Assembly (NCBI GenBank): GCA_965217115.1 | Contig: OZ244239.1 | Span: forward strand, 1,920,001-1,984,000 | DNA length: 64,000 bases | Origin: Bdellovibrionales bacterium | GTDB lineage: Bacteria; Bdellovibrionota; Bdellovibrionia; Bdellovibrionales; CAYMLA01 | Direction: 5' to 3' | Shown here: positions 1 to 9,949 of the stretch, piece after piece | Layout: each line of letters begins with the position of its first letter | How positions within the stretch are numbered: position 1 is the stretch's first letter | Program-made: the position numbers and the translations under genes | Notes under the pieces: generated by a model | Seen by the model: the letters and a program-made list of their open reading frames with translations, nothing else | What the model was told of the DNA's origin: nothing | Database searches by the model: none

Positions 1-7
1 AGGGACA

Positions 8-1213
8 GTGGTGCGTTTGGCTATTCTCCGCAAAACCGATGAGGGGAGTGAGAATTTTATAATCCCCATTGTTCGAGATAAAATTAAATTAGAGGATGAA
101 GCGGCGGCTGTGGATTACATAGAGCGTCAAAGAAGAGGAAAAAAACAAACAGTGGCTTTAGTGCATTTGCCCTCTTTTTATGCTGATTCCCGTCAGGGAG
201 GCCGCTCAAGTGCTGGTGATCTTAAGAAAATTTTAAAGGATGTGAAGAAGAAGAAGGTAGATGCGATGGTCTTAGATTTGTCTACTAACGGCGGCGGGAG
301 CCTTGATGATGCCGTGAAGATAGCAGGACTCTTTTTTAAGACAGGTAATGTGGTCAAGCAGAGCTCTCGTCAGAGAAAGCCGATTATTCTTAAAGACACT
401 GATGAAGATGTGAACTACACAGGTCCATTAGTTATTTTGACCAGTCGTCTAAGCGCGAGTGCGTCTGAGATTGTGGCAGGAACGTTGAAGGATTATAATC
501 GTGCTGTGATTGTGGGGAATGATCAAACTTTTGGCAAGGGAAGTGTGCAATCGGTGGCTCCTATTGCCAAAGAGATTGGGGCATTGAAGGTCACTGTGGG
601 AATGTTTTTTGTGCCTGGTGGTTATAGCACTCAGCATCAAGGGGTTATCTCTGATATAAAACTTCCCAGTGTCTATACGGTAGAAGATGTTGGAGAAGAT
701 CGCTTAGATTATTCTCTACCAGCAAAGAAGATTCCCCAGTTTTTATCAAAGAAAGCTTATGTGCGAAAAGGTTCTAAGCGCTGGAGTGAGATCACTCTTA
801 AAGTTATTAAGGACTTAAGAAAAAAATCACAAAAGCGTGTAGCTAGAAATAAGGATTTTAAAAAGATTAGAGATGATATAAAAGAGGCTTTAGCTAAGAA
901 GAACAAAAAAACAGTTCTTAGTGAAATATTAAAGAAGAAAGAAGATAAGAAGAAATTGACTCAAAAAACAACTGTCACCGCAAAAGGAAAAAATATTGGG
1001 AAGCAGGGAAAACAAGGCGTCTCCAAAGATGTGCCTGACAAGGTCCTAACCACCTATGAAGCGAGAAAGGAGCGTAAGAAGCGTAAGGCGCTTAAGAAGA
1101 AGGAATATCTTAAGAGAGCTGATATCAACGAGGCCATAGAGGTTGTTTTGGACTTGGCAGGAACAGAGTATAAAGTGATTTCTTCAAAGCTAAAAGCGGG
1201 AATAACGCACTAG
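8..1213 (+). CDS. Carboxyl-terminal processing protease (S41A, Prc/Tsp type), 5'-truncated by the window edge
   Basis: LDLSTNGGGSL, SASASE (catalytic Ser) and TFGKGSVQ (catalytic Lys) motifs; frame is open to the window start. Confidence 0.9.
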   Translation: MVRLAILRKTDEGSENFIIPIVRDKIKLEDEAAAVDYIERQRRGKKQTVALVHLPSFYADSRQGGRSSAGDLKKILKDVKKKKVDAMVLDLSTNGGGSLDDAVKIAGLFFKTGNVVKQSSRQRKPIILKDTDEDVNYTGPLVILTSRLSASASEIVAGTLKDYNRAVIVGNDQTFGKGSVQSVAPIAKEIGALKVTVGMFFVPGGYSTQHQGVISDIKLPSVYTVEDVGEDRLDYSLPAKKIPQFLSKKAYVRKGSKRWSEITLKVIKDLRKKSQKRVARNKDFKKIRDDIKEALAKKNKKTVLSEILKKKEDKKKLTQKTTVTAKGKNIGKQGKQGVSKDVPDKVLTTYEARKERKKRKALKKKEYLKRADINEAIEVVLDLAGTEYKVISSKLKAGITH

Positions 1214-1260
1214 GTCGACAACTTTCAACCCCTCTTCTCCTTCCTAATACTGTCGACTAT

Positions 1261-1289
1261 TTGACAAATATGGGGTGTCTCAGTATTTT
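1261..1289 (+). promoter_or_regulatory. Putative sigma70 promoter of the E1 alpha/beta operon
   Basis: TTGACA-N17-TATTTT about 50 bp upstream of the E1 alpha start. Confidence 0.55.
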
Positions 1290-1339
1290 CTCGGGGGCTA
1301 GAAGTTGTTTTAAAACAGCTTCTTATGGGAGAGACGGCC

Positions 1340-2353
1340 ATGGTCGGGGCAGCAGAGAGAGATCTCAAAAAAATAGCTAAGAGAGAAGTGTTGAGAATCC
1401 ATGATTACATGGTGAAGGCACGGGTTTTAGAGGATCGCTTGATTCGTATTTACAAGAAGGGAGATGCGTTTTTTTGGATTGGTGGCCCAGGGGAAGAGGC
1501 ACTTGGAGTTCCCCTTGGTTTGCATGTTAATGCTGGCAAAGGGTTTGATCACGACTGGTTGCATTTGCATTATCGTTGCACACCGACTTTGGTGGCTATG
1601 GGTATGGATATGGTTCATGCCATTCGTTTGATTATGAATCGCTCGACAGATCAGTGTACGGGAGGGCGAAACTTTAGCAATCATTATGCCTTCCCTGAGT
1701 ACAATGTAGCGCCAGTAACTTCACCCATTGAAATTCAGTACAGTGTCGCTATCGGAACGGCCCATGCCCAGTCGAGGTGTTCGGCTAAGGGCATTACGAT
1801 TGTTACAGGTGGAGATGCAGGAACGGCAGAGGGAGATTTTGCCAGTGCTTTGGTCTGGTCTTCGCGCAAAGGATCTGAGCTACCTATGTATATGATCGTG
1901 ACTAACAATCGTTGGGGAATTTCTACGAATTACTCAGGACAGCACGGAGAGGAATTTATTGCCGACCGTGGACGTGCTTTTGGAATAAAAGTGCAGACTT
2001 GTAATGGCAATGATCCCATTGAGAGTTATTTAAAATTACAAGAGGGGATGGAGTATATTCGCAAAACGGGTAAGCCTGTTTTAATGGAGGCATCTGTCTC
2101 TCGATTGTTCGGCCATTCGTCAGCTGATGGAGCTAATCGCCGTGAGGAGGAGTGTTCATTGGATACTTTTGAAAGTCGTTTGTTGAAGGCGGGGTATTTA
2201 AAAGAAGATGAAATAAAAAGCATTTGGAAAAAATACGATGAAGAAGCTAAGAGAGTAGAGGTGGAAGTTCGTCAGGAGCCATTGCCCAAAGCTGATTCTA
2301 TCTGGCAACATATCTATGTGAATTCTCAGAATGCAGATTGGAGGGGCTTCTAA
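1340..2353 (+). CDS. 2-oxoacid (probably branched-chain) dehydrogenase E1 alpha subunit
   Basis: TPP motif GDAGTAEGD...NN and RLFGHSSAD; start set at ATG 1340 after GGAGAG (ORF track 1325). Confidence 0.85.
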   Translation: MVGAAERDLKKIAKREVLRIHDYMVKARVLEDRLIRIYKKGDAFFWIGGPGEEALGVPLGLHVNAGKGFDHDWLHLHYRCTPTLVAMGMDMVHAIRLIMNRSTDQCTGGRNFSNHYAFPEYNVAPVTSPIEIQYSVAIGTAHAQSRCSAKGITIVTGGDAGTAEGDFASALVWSSRKGSELPMYMIVTNNRWGISTNYSGQHGEEFIADRGRAFGIKVQTCNGNDPIESYLKLQEGMEYIRKTGKPVLMEASVSRLFGHSSADGANRREEECSLDTFESRLLKAGYLKEDEIKSIWKKYDEEAKRVEVEVRQEPLPKADSIWQHIYVNSQNADWRGF

Positions 2354-3408
2354 TGGCAAATATGGCCCAATCCATTCGCATGGCTTTGCATAAAGCTGAG
2401 AGAGATCTGCAGTTGAAAGATATTTTTGGTCAAGATGTTGGAGAGCCGTTGGGCGGAGTCTTTACGGCCACTCAGGGTTTAGAAACCTCATGGAATACCC
2501 CACTTGATGAGAGGGGGATCATTGGCGCTGCCATTGGTATCGCGATGACAGGGGATCGTTGTGTTGCGGAGATTCAGTTCGTTGATTATATTTTTAATAC
2601 GATTGATTTGCTTAAATTAGCGGGAAATACTTTATGGTCCTCTAATGGTCAGTTCGCTCTACCCTTGACTGTAATGACTCCTGTAGGGGCGGGAATCTTT
2701 GGTTCTATTTATCACAGTCACAGTTTTGATGCCTGGGCGACGAGATTGCCTGGCTGGAAGGTGGTGATGCCCTCGAATCCAATGGATGCCTATGGCTTGC
2801 TTTTATCTGCCATAGAAGATCCAAACCCTGTGTTGTATTTGAAGCCTAAGGCTTTAATGAGGGTGCGTGGAGATGAATTACTTCCCGGTGAGCCAGAGGA
2901 TTTGAAAAAGTTAAAAGCTATGATTGATGCTCCTATTGGCGAGCGTTCTGGGTGGAAGGCTAAATGGCCAGAGATCAAGGATTTTCGAACACCTATTGGT
3001 GAGGGAAAGATAGTCCGTCAGGGGGAAAGTGCAACAGTTGTGACCTATGGTCGTCATGTTTTAATCTGCAAGGAAGCAGCTGATGAGTTGGCGCAAGAAG
3101 GGATGTCAGTGGAAGTCATTGATTTACGTTCGCTCTATCCTTACGATTGGCAATTGATAAAAAAATCAGTGACCAAGACAGGGCGTGTGCTTTTTGTGAA
3201 CGAAGACACTGAAGTGACTAATTTTGGTGAACATCTGTCCTATCGTGTGACCCAAGATTTATTCTATCAGTTAATGGCACGACCGAAAGTCTTAGCCGCT
3301 AAGAATATACCGGGTATTGGATTGCACCCTCACTTAGAAAATGCAACGATACCGCAAAAAAGTGATGTGATCAGAGAATTAAAAGATTTATTAGCGGAAG
3401 TTCCGTGA
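2353..3408 (+). CDS. 2-oxoacid dehydrogenase E1 beta subunit
   Basis: GQDVG..GGVF, NTPLDE, AEIQFVDY, HS, EVIDLRSLYPYD; TAATG coupling with alpha. Confidence 0.9.
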   Translation: MANMAQSIRMALHKAERDLQLKDIFGQDVGEPLGGVFTATQGLETSWNTPLDERGIIGAAIGIAMTGDRCVAEIQFVDYIFNTIDLLKLAGNTLWSSNGQFALPLTVMTPVGAGIFGSIYHSHSFDAWATRLPGWKVVMPSNPMDAYGLLLSAIEDPNPVLYLKPKALMRVRGDELLPGEPEDLKKLKAMIDAPIGERSGWKAKWPEIKDFRTPIGEGKIVRQGESATVVTYGRHVLICKEAADELAQEGMSVEVIDLRSLYPYDWQLIKKSVTKTGRVLFVNEDTEVTNFGEHLSYRVTQDLFYQLMARPKVLAAKNIPGIGLHPHLENATIPQKSDVIRELKDLLAEVP

Positions 3409-3444
3409 GTTGTTCTGGAGAATAATAAAGATGAGAAAGAAGAG

Positions 3445-4272
3445 ATGAGAAAGAAGAAAAGAGAAAGCAATGACAAATTGGAGCAGGGCTCTTTTGATAA
3501 GTATTATTATTATCAAAAATCAGTTCAGGGGCCTGAGGGTGATGTCATTTTTTTAAAGGATACTTATAAAGAATTGAGAAAAAAAAGCCCAAGAACAATG
3601 TGTGAGGATTTTTGTGGAACTTTTTCAATTTCCTGTGAGTGGGTGAAGTTAGGCTCTGAGTTTAAGGCTGTCTCAGTGGATATTGATTCTGATCCTATTG
3701 AATATGGCCGACAAAATTACCTGTCTCTTTTGAATGAAGATGAGAAGAGTCGAATTCAGGTTTTTGTATCCAGTGTTTTAGACAAAGCTTTACCTAAGGT
3801 GGATATCGTTTCGGCGATGAACTTCTCATATTTTCTTTTTAAGAAGAGATCGGAGTTAAAAGCTTATTTTGCTAGCGCTTATAGTAGAATTAATAATGAT
3901 GGTATTTTTCTTGTTGATTGTTTTGGCGGGAGCCAATGTCAGCAGTCTATCGAAGAGGAGACGGAGCATAAAGAGGAGAAATTCAGCTATTTTTGGGATC
4001 AAGATAGTTTTAATCCCGTAACCAATGAAGCTCAGTTTTACATCCATTTTAAACGCAAGGGTGAGAAAAAAAGAGAAAAAGTCTTTTCTTATGATTGGCG
4101 TATGTGGAGTATTTCAGAAATCCGTGAGGTCATGGAGGAAGTGGGTTTTAGTAAAACCTATGTTTATTGGGAAGGCACAACCAAAGATGGCGATGGGGAT
4201 GGCAAGTTTGTACAAACTCAAGTAGGGGAGGAGTGTGAGGCTTGGATTTCCTACATTGTCGCCAAAAAATGA
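3445..4272 (+). CDS. Class I SAM-dependent methyltransferase-like protein
   Basis: EDFCGT motif-I variant, VDID acidic motif II, NFSY, GIFLVD. Confidence 0.65.
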   Translation: MRKKKRESNDKLEQGSFDKYYYYQKSVQGPEGDVIFLKDTYKELRKKSPRTMCEDFCGTFSISCEWVKLGSEFKAVSVDIDSDPIEYGRQNYLSLLNEDEKSRIQVFVSSVLDKALPKVDIVSAMNFSYFLFKKRSELKAYFASAYSRINNDGIFLVDCFGGSQCQQSIEEETEHKEEKFSYFWDQDSFNPVTNEAQFYIHFKRKGEKKREKVFSYDWRMWSISEIREVMEEVGFSKTYVYWEGTTKDGDGDGKFVQTQVGEECEAWISYIVAKK

Positions 4273-5933
4273 TCTGAGATTTTGGCAAATGACGGCGTTT
4301 TTTAATGGGGCTTTATTATTAGGCTCAGACATTCGTTCGGCAGCGATGCTCGCAGGGAGAGCATGCGCACCAATCCGAACTCGCCGAATAACAAAACCCC
4401 ATTAAAAAACTTTCACTTGAAATCTAAGATTGACTGGGAACAGTGGGGTTTAAGAATAGAAAAAGGGACTTTAGTGGTCTGAGACTTGGACAAATGATCT
4501 GAGGTTTGGGCAAATGACGGCGTTTTTTAATGGGGCTTTATTATTAGGCTCAGACATTCGTTCGGCAGCGATGCTCGCAGGGCGAGCGTCGCACCAATCC
4601 GAACTCGCCTAATAACAAAACCCCATTAAAAAACTTTTATTTGAAATCTAAGATTGACTGGGAACAGTGGGGTTTAAGAACAAAAAAAAGGGACTTTAAT
4701 AATTCGAACTCATCTAATGATCTGAGATTTGGGCAAATGACGGCGTTTTTTAATGGGGCTTTATTATTAGGCTCAGACATTCGTTCGGCAGCGATGCTCG
4801 CGCTGCGAGCATGCGCACCAATCCGAACTCGCCGAATAACAAAACCCCATTAAAAAACTTTCACTTGAAATCTAAGATTGACTGGGAACAGTGGGATTTA
4901 AGAACAAAAAAAAGGGACTTTAATAATTCGAACTCATCTAATGATCTGAGATTTGGGGAAATGATGCGTTTTTTAATGCCCTCTCTTATTAAGCCCAAAT
5001 AAATGTTTAGGCGCACCGCCTACGCCGTTTTCAAAGGAGAGTTTTTTTAGATGGGATTTTATTATTAGGCTCAGACATTCGTTTGGCAGCGCTGCTCGCG
5101 CTGCGAGCGTCGCACCAATCCGAACTCGCCTAATAACAAAACCCCATTAAAAAACTTTTATTTGAAATCTAAGATTGACTGGGAACAGTGGGGTTTAAGA
5201 ACAAAAAAAAGGGACTTTAATAATTCGAACTCATCTAATGATCTGAGATTTGGGGAAATGATGCGTTTTTTAATGCCCTCTCTTATTAAGCCCAAATAAA
5301 TGTTTAGGCGCACCGCCTACGCCGTTTTCAAAGGAGAGTTTTTTTAGATGGGATTTTATTATTAGGCTCAGACATTCGTTTGGTAGCGATGCTCGCGCTG
5401 CGAGCATTGCACCAATCCGAACTCGCCGAATAACAAAACCCCATTAAAAAACTTTCACTTGAAATCTAAGATTGACTGGGGACAGCGGGGTTTAAGAATA
5501 GAAAAAGGGACTTTAATGGTCTGAGATTTGGGGAAATGATGCGTTTTTTTAATGCCCTCTCTTATTAATCCCAAATAAATGTTTAGGCGCACCGCCTACG
5601 CCGTTTTCAAAGGAGAGTTTTTTTAGATGGGGCTTTATTATTAAGCGAGTTCGGATTGGTGCGTATGCTCGCCCTGCGAGCATCGCTGCCGAACGAATGT
5701 CTGAGCGTAATAATGAAGGTCCATCTAAAAAAGCGGTTCATTTGCCAGAAACAAGCATGTTTGGGTGGACCGCCTACGCCGTTTTCAAAGGAGAGTTTTT
5801 TTAGATGGGGCTTTATTATTAAGCGAGTTCGGATTGGTGCGTATGCTCGCCCTGCGAGCATCGCTGCCGAACGAATGTGTGAGCGTAATAATGAAGGTCC
5901 ATCTAAAAAAACGGGTCATTGGCCAGAAACAAG
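4268..5933. repeat. Array of seven ~114-bp palindromic hairpin elements with two kinds of repeated linker
   Basis: Hairpins at 4297-4410, 4522-4634, 4745-4858, 5041-5155, 5338-5452 (core in one orientation) and 5618-5732, 5795-5912 (core inverted); near-identical linkers, no unique spacers. Confidence 0.95.
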
Positions 5934-6437
5934 CTCAGACATTGTGAAGAGCGGAGAGAGCTGCAAGTTTAGGTCATCGATTTTTTGAGAATCTTTTCCA
6001 CGATGTATAACACATAGGACGTGATCGATAATGGCATTTTGTTGGCGAAGAACTTTCGTGCTTTCAATGACTTGCCCTCCTGTGGTGATGACATCTTCTA
6101 TGATACAAACTTTTTTTCCGGAAAAATCAAAACCTTCGGCACTTTTACAAGTGCCATATTCTTTGGCAGATTTTCGAACAAAGATACAAGGAATTCCTGT
6201 GTGTAGGGAGAGAGCTGTACCAATGGGGATTCCTCCCATTTCTAAGGCAGCCAGAGCTTCTGTGTCTTGAGGTATGAGTTTAGCCATGTGTTGGGCGATT
6301 TCTTTTAGGAGGTGGGGTTGAGCTTCAAAACGATATTTATCAAAATACTCGCTTGAGCGTTGCCCTGATCGCAGGAGAAAATCCCCTGTAAGATAGGAGG
6401 CTTTGTGAATCTCTTGACCGAGTGTGTGTTTATTCAT
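5916..6437 (-). CDS. pyrE: Orotate phosphoribosyltransferase
   Basis: GDFLLRSG..S..YFDKY, FVRK..KEYG, PRPP motif IIEDVITTGG. Confidence 0.93.
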   Translation of the reverse strand: MNKHTLGQEIHKASYLTGDFLLRSGQRSSEYFDKYRFEAQPHLLKEIAQHMAKLIPQDTEALAALEMGGIPIGTALSLHTGIPCIFVRKSAKEYGTCKSAEGFDFSGKKVCIIEDVITTGGQVIESTKVLRQQNAIIDHVLCVIHRGKDSQKIDDLNLQLSPLFTMSELVSGQ

Positions 6438-7489
6438 TTTTTTACCTCATGTTTTTGTGAGTGTTGGGTTTTTTTTTGCTTTTGCCATTTTTCGAGTGCG
6501 TATTGTCTTAAGTCTGCAACTGAATCTAATTCATCGACGATTTCAACACCGAGTAGAGTTTCGATGGCATCCTCTAAGGTTACAATGCCAGTTGTATTTC
6601 CTTGGTTATCAATGACGAGAAACATATGTTCTTTTGTTTGGATAAAACGCCTGAGAGCATTTGCCACTGAGATACCTTCATCAACTTGTTTAATAGGGAT
6701 TTTTAATTGCTTTAGAGAGGTTTGATGTTTGTCTTGGGATGAAGCATCCATAATGGAATAGCGTAAAACTTGCCCTGTGACTTGATCAAGATGCTCGCTA
6801 TAAATAGGGATGCGTGAAAAGCGTATAGGTCGATGTTTTTGGATGGTTTGATCTACGGTGGTGTTTTCCTCCATAGCAAGAATGACTGAACGTGGAGTCA
6901 TAATGTCAGAGACATAAATCATATCTAATAGAAGTAGATTTTTAATGATGAGTGATTCCTTTTGATCGATGGCTCCTTCTTTAGAACTCATCTCAGCAGT
7001 GACAATGACTTCTTGCCTGGTAACAGATTGGCTTTCTGAATTAGAGATAGATTTAGAAATAATTTCTAAAAGAAGGACAACGGGGTAGGTAAAAAAGATC
7101 AATGCTTGAATGAGATAGGCACAACTCGGAGCTAGAGTTTTCCAGTAAGTGACCCCTAAGGTCTTAGGGATTATTTCAGAGAAAACAAGAATAGTTAGAG
7201 TGAGCACTCCTGAAGCTATGGCAACAAGTTCACTCCCGTATAATGAATGGACTTGTGCGCCAACTCCAGTGGCACCCACCATATTGGCGGCTGTATTGAC
7301 AGATAGAATAGCGGCAAGGGAGCGATCAATATTATCTTTGAGTTGTTGTAGGATAAAACCGCTTTTTCGACCCTCATTAGTGGCAACTTTTATATAAGCA
7401 GGGCTGGTGGATAGAATAACAGATTCTAAAGTGGAACATATAAAAGAAATACAGACAGTGATGAAGATGTAAATTACTAGAAGAGTCAT
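6434..7489 (-). CDS. CNNM/DUF21 + CBS-domain membrane protein (HlyC/CorC family)
   Basis: SFICSTLE, SEIIPKT, DIMTPR, FSRIPIY, GIVTLEDAIE. Confidence 0.88.
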   Translation of the reverse strand: MTLLVIYIFITVCISFICSTLESVILSTSPAYIKVATNEGRKSGFILQQLKDNIDRSLAAILSVNTAANMVGATGVGAQVHSLYGSELVAIASGVLTLTILVFSEIIPKTLGVTYWKTLAPSCAYLIQALIFFTYPVVLLLEIISKSISNSESQSVTRQEVIVTAEMSSKEGAIDQKESLIIKNLLLLDMIYVSDIMTPRSVILAMEENTTVDQTIQKHRPIRFSRIPIYSEHLDQVTGQVLRYSIMDASSQDKHQTSLKQLKIPIKQVDEGISVANALRRFIQTKEHMFLVIDNQGNTTGIVTLEDAIETLLGVEIVDELDSVADLRQYALEKWQKQKKTQHSQKHEVKK

Positions 7490-7623
7490 TTGTTAATGAC
7501 TCTTCTGTGAGTGCCAAATTGAAAAATTATCTTGTTCATACACTCCTAAATTTTAAATTCACAAGAAAACATTAGAAAAGATATTCTGTGAGAAGGGTCC
7601 ATCGTTATTAATGTTTGAAGACC

Positions 7624-9729
7624 CTATTTTTTTTCCTCTTCTCTTTTCTTTTGGTATTCCTTTGAGAGTTCTTCTTGAACGTTTCGAGGGCATTGGGAAT
7701 AACGAGTGAATTCCATAGTAAATTCCCCCTTACCTTGGGTTGCTGAACGAAGATCAGTAGAATAACCAAACATTTCGCTCAAAGGAATATCTGCTGTCAC
7801 GGTGACAAAGCCTTCGAGAGTCGTTGTGCCGCCAATGATACCACGGCGTTGATTGATTTGTCCCATGATAGAACCTTGGAACTCATCAGGAGCTTGAACT
7901 TCAAGCTTCATAAGAGGTTCTAGAGCAACTGGTTTAGCGTCTGCAACGGCTTGTTTCATCGCCTGTGCGGCGCATATTTTAAAGGCCATTTCACTGGAAT
8001 CGACATCGTGGTAGGCGCCATCTTCTAAGTCGACTTCAACGTTAACGACAGGGAAGCCAATAAGTTCCCCTTTAACCAAGGCCTCTTGAAAACCTTTTTC
8101 ACAGGAGGAAATATATTCTTTAGGGATACGACCGCCAGTGACTTTGTTGTTAAAGCGGAAGTTGGTTTCTTCGCCGTCACTAATAGGGCGAATATGACCG
8201 AGAACTTTTGCAAACTGCCCAGAACCACCCGTTTGTTTTTTATGAGTGTAGTCTAGGACGGCTTCAGAACCGATGGATTCACGGTAGGCGACTTGTGGTG
8301 CTCCCGTGATAACTTCGCACTCAAATTCCCGTTTCATACGTTCGACATAGACTTCTAAATGAAGCTCTCCCATGCCTTGAATAATGGTTTCGTTAGATTC
8401 TTCATCTCTTGATACGCGAAAGGTAGGATCTTCACGACGGAATTTTTGTAGGGCTTTAGAAAATTTAGCGGCTCCAGATTTTTCTTTAGGAGCGATGGCC
8501 AGAGAGATCACGGCATCTGGAACGTGCATAGAGGTCATACTGAAATTAACCTTGCCATCGGTGAACGTATCCCCAGAGGAACATTCGATACCAAAGAGGG
8601 CGACAATATCTCCAGATTCTGCTTGTTCAAGATCTTGCATCTCTTCAGAGTGCATGCGCACGAGTCGGGGGATTTTTACTTTTTTGCCGTTGGCGACGTT
8701 AATAATAAAATCACCTTTTGTCATTTTACCTTGGTAGATACGCATATAAGTGAGCTGACCAAAACGGCCGTCTTCTAGTTTAAAGGCTAAGGCCACAAGA
8801 GGTTTACTGGAGTCAGAGGCGAGTGTGACTTTTTCCTCATCCTTGTCTAGATCGAGCGCCGTGTTCTCTCTATCTTGTGGAGTGGGGAGATAGCGATTAA
8901 CACCATCGAGAAGAAGTTGAACTCCCTTGTTTTTAAAAGCTGAGCCACAGTAAACAGGGCAAAGTTTAAGGGCTAAAACTCCCTTACGAATAGCTCTGTC
9001 TAAGTCATCAGGACCAACTTCTTCTTCCATTAGAAATTTTTCACCAACTTCATCATCAAAATCAGCAGCGGCAGCGACAAGTTCTTGGCGAGCTGTTTTA
9101 GCGGCGTCAAGGATGTCCTCTGGAACATCAGTTTCAATGATCTCTTCTCCATCATCACCTTTAAAAGTGTAACCTTTCATGCGCACAAGGTCGACGACTC
9201 CTTGATGATTGTCCTCAAGACCAATAGGTAATTGTGCCATGACAGCGTTGAGTTTAAGTTTTTCAACCAAGGCATTCTTGACGCGAATAGGGTCTGCGCC
9301 TTGACGATCAAGTTTATTTATAAAAGCAATTCGCGGAACATTGTATCGTTTCATTTGACGATCGACAGTGATGGATTGTGATTGAACTCCTGATACGCCA
9401 CAGAGAACAAGAATAGCACCATCAAGAACACGCAAAGCTCTCTCCACCTCAATGGTGAAATCCACGTGGCCCGGGGTATCAATAATATTAACTGTGTGAT
9501 CTTTCCAGTGGACCTGTGTTGCGGCTGATTGGATGGTGATTCCTTTCTCTCTCTCTAAATCCATGGAATCCATTTTAGCGCCGACACCATCTTTACCTCT
9601 TACATCGTGTATAGAGTGAATGCGTCCACCGTAGAATAAAATACGCTCGGTAAGAGTTGTTTTTCCAGAGTCAATATGGGCGGAGATACCGATATTTCTA
9701 ACTTTTTCTAGATTCCATTCTGTTGTCAT
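7624..9729 (-). CDS. fusA: Elongation factor G (stand-alone, mitochondrial-EF-G1-like type)
   Basis: [32 protein letters not shown]; start set at ATG 9729 after GAGG. Confidence 0.97.
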   Translation of the reverse strand: MTTEWNLEKVRNIGISAHIDSGKTTLTERILFYGGRIHSIHDVRGKDGVGAKMDSMDLEREKGITIQSAATQVHWKDHTVNIIDTPGHVDFTIEVERALRVLDGAILVLCGVSGVQSQSITVDRQMKRYNVPRIAFINKLDRQGADPIRVKNALVEKLKLNAVMAQLPIGLEDNHQGVVDLVRMKGYTFKGDDGEEIIETDVPEDILDAAKTARQELVAAAADFDDEVGEKFLMEEEVGPDDLDRAIRKGVLALKLCPVYCGSAFKNKGVQLLLDGVNRYLPTPQDRENTALDLDKDEEKVTLASDSSKPLVALAFKLEDGRFGQLTYMRIYQGKMTKGDFIINVANGKKVKIPRLVRMHSEEMQDLEQAESGDIVALFGIECSSGDTFTDGKVNFSMTSMHVPDAVISLAIAPKEKSGAAKFSKALQKFRREDPTFRVSRDEESNETIIQGMGELHLEVYVERMKREFECEVITGAPQVAYRESIGSEAVLDYTHKKQTGGSGQFAKVLGHIRPISDGEETNFRFNNKVTGGRIPKEYISSCEKGFQEALVKGELIGFPVVNVEVDLEDGAYHDVDSSEMAFKICAAQAMKQAVADAKPVALEPLMKLEVQAPDEFQGSIMGQINQRRGIIGGTTTLEGFVTVTADIPLSEMFGYSTDLRSATQGKGEFTMEFTRYSQCPRNVQEELSKEYQKKREEEKK

Positions 9730-9949
9730 TCTTGCAGTCCTCAATTAATTAATATGGGTTAATAGTTAAACGAGAATATCGTCAAAAAAATTATTTGTTG
9801 AAATTCTCTATAAAAAAACATAAGGAAGAGGGATAGCATAGGCCTGAACAAAGTGCAAAGCGAGTATAGCCCATAGTGGAGTCGCATTTTTATTAAAAAC
9901 CATTTGTTTTAGGGAATACCATAGTATTTTTAATAACTTAGAGGTCTTT

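Noticed and set aside
4297..5912. Integron attC sites
   Set aside because: No RYYYAAC...GTTRRRY ends, no cassette ORFs between hairpins and no integrase in the window.
4268..5933. CRISPR or TIGR-like guide array
   Set aside because: Units are over 110 bp, linkers are repeated rather than unique spacers, and no cas or tas-like gene is nearby; the TGA/CTGA words are not arranged as regular box C/D units.
4114..5988. Short ORFs in or overlapping the array (4114, 4641, 4811, 5607, 5656, 5765)
   Set aside because: Translations of the repeat in several frames, with inconsistent starts and stops between copies.
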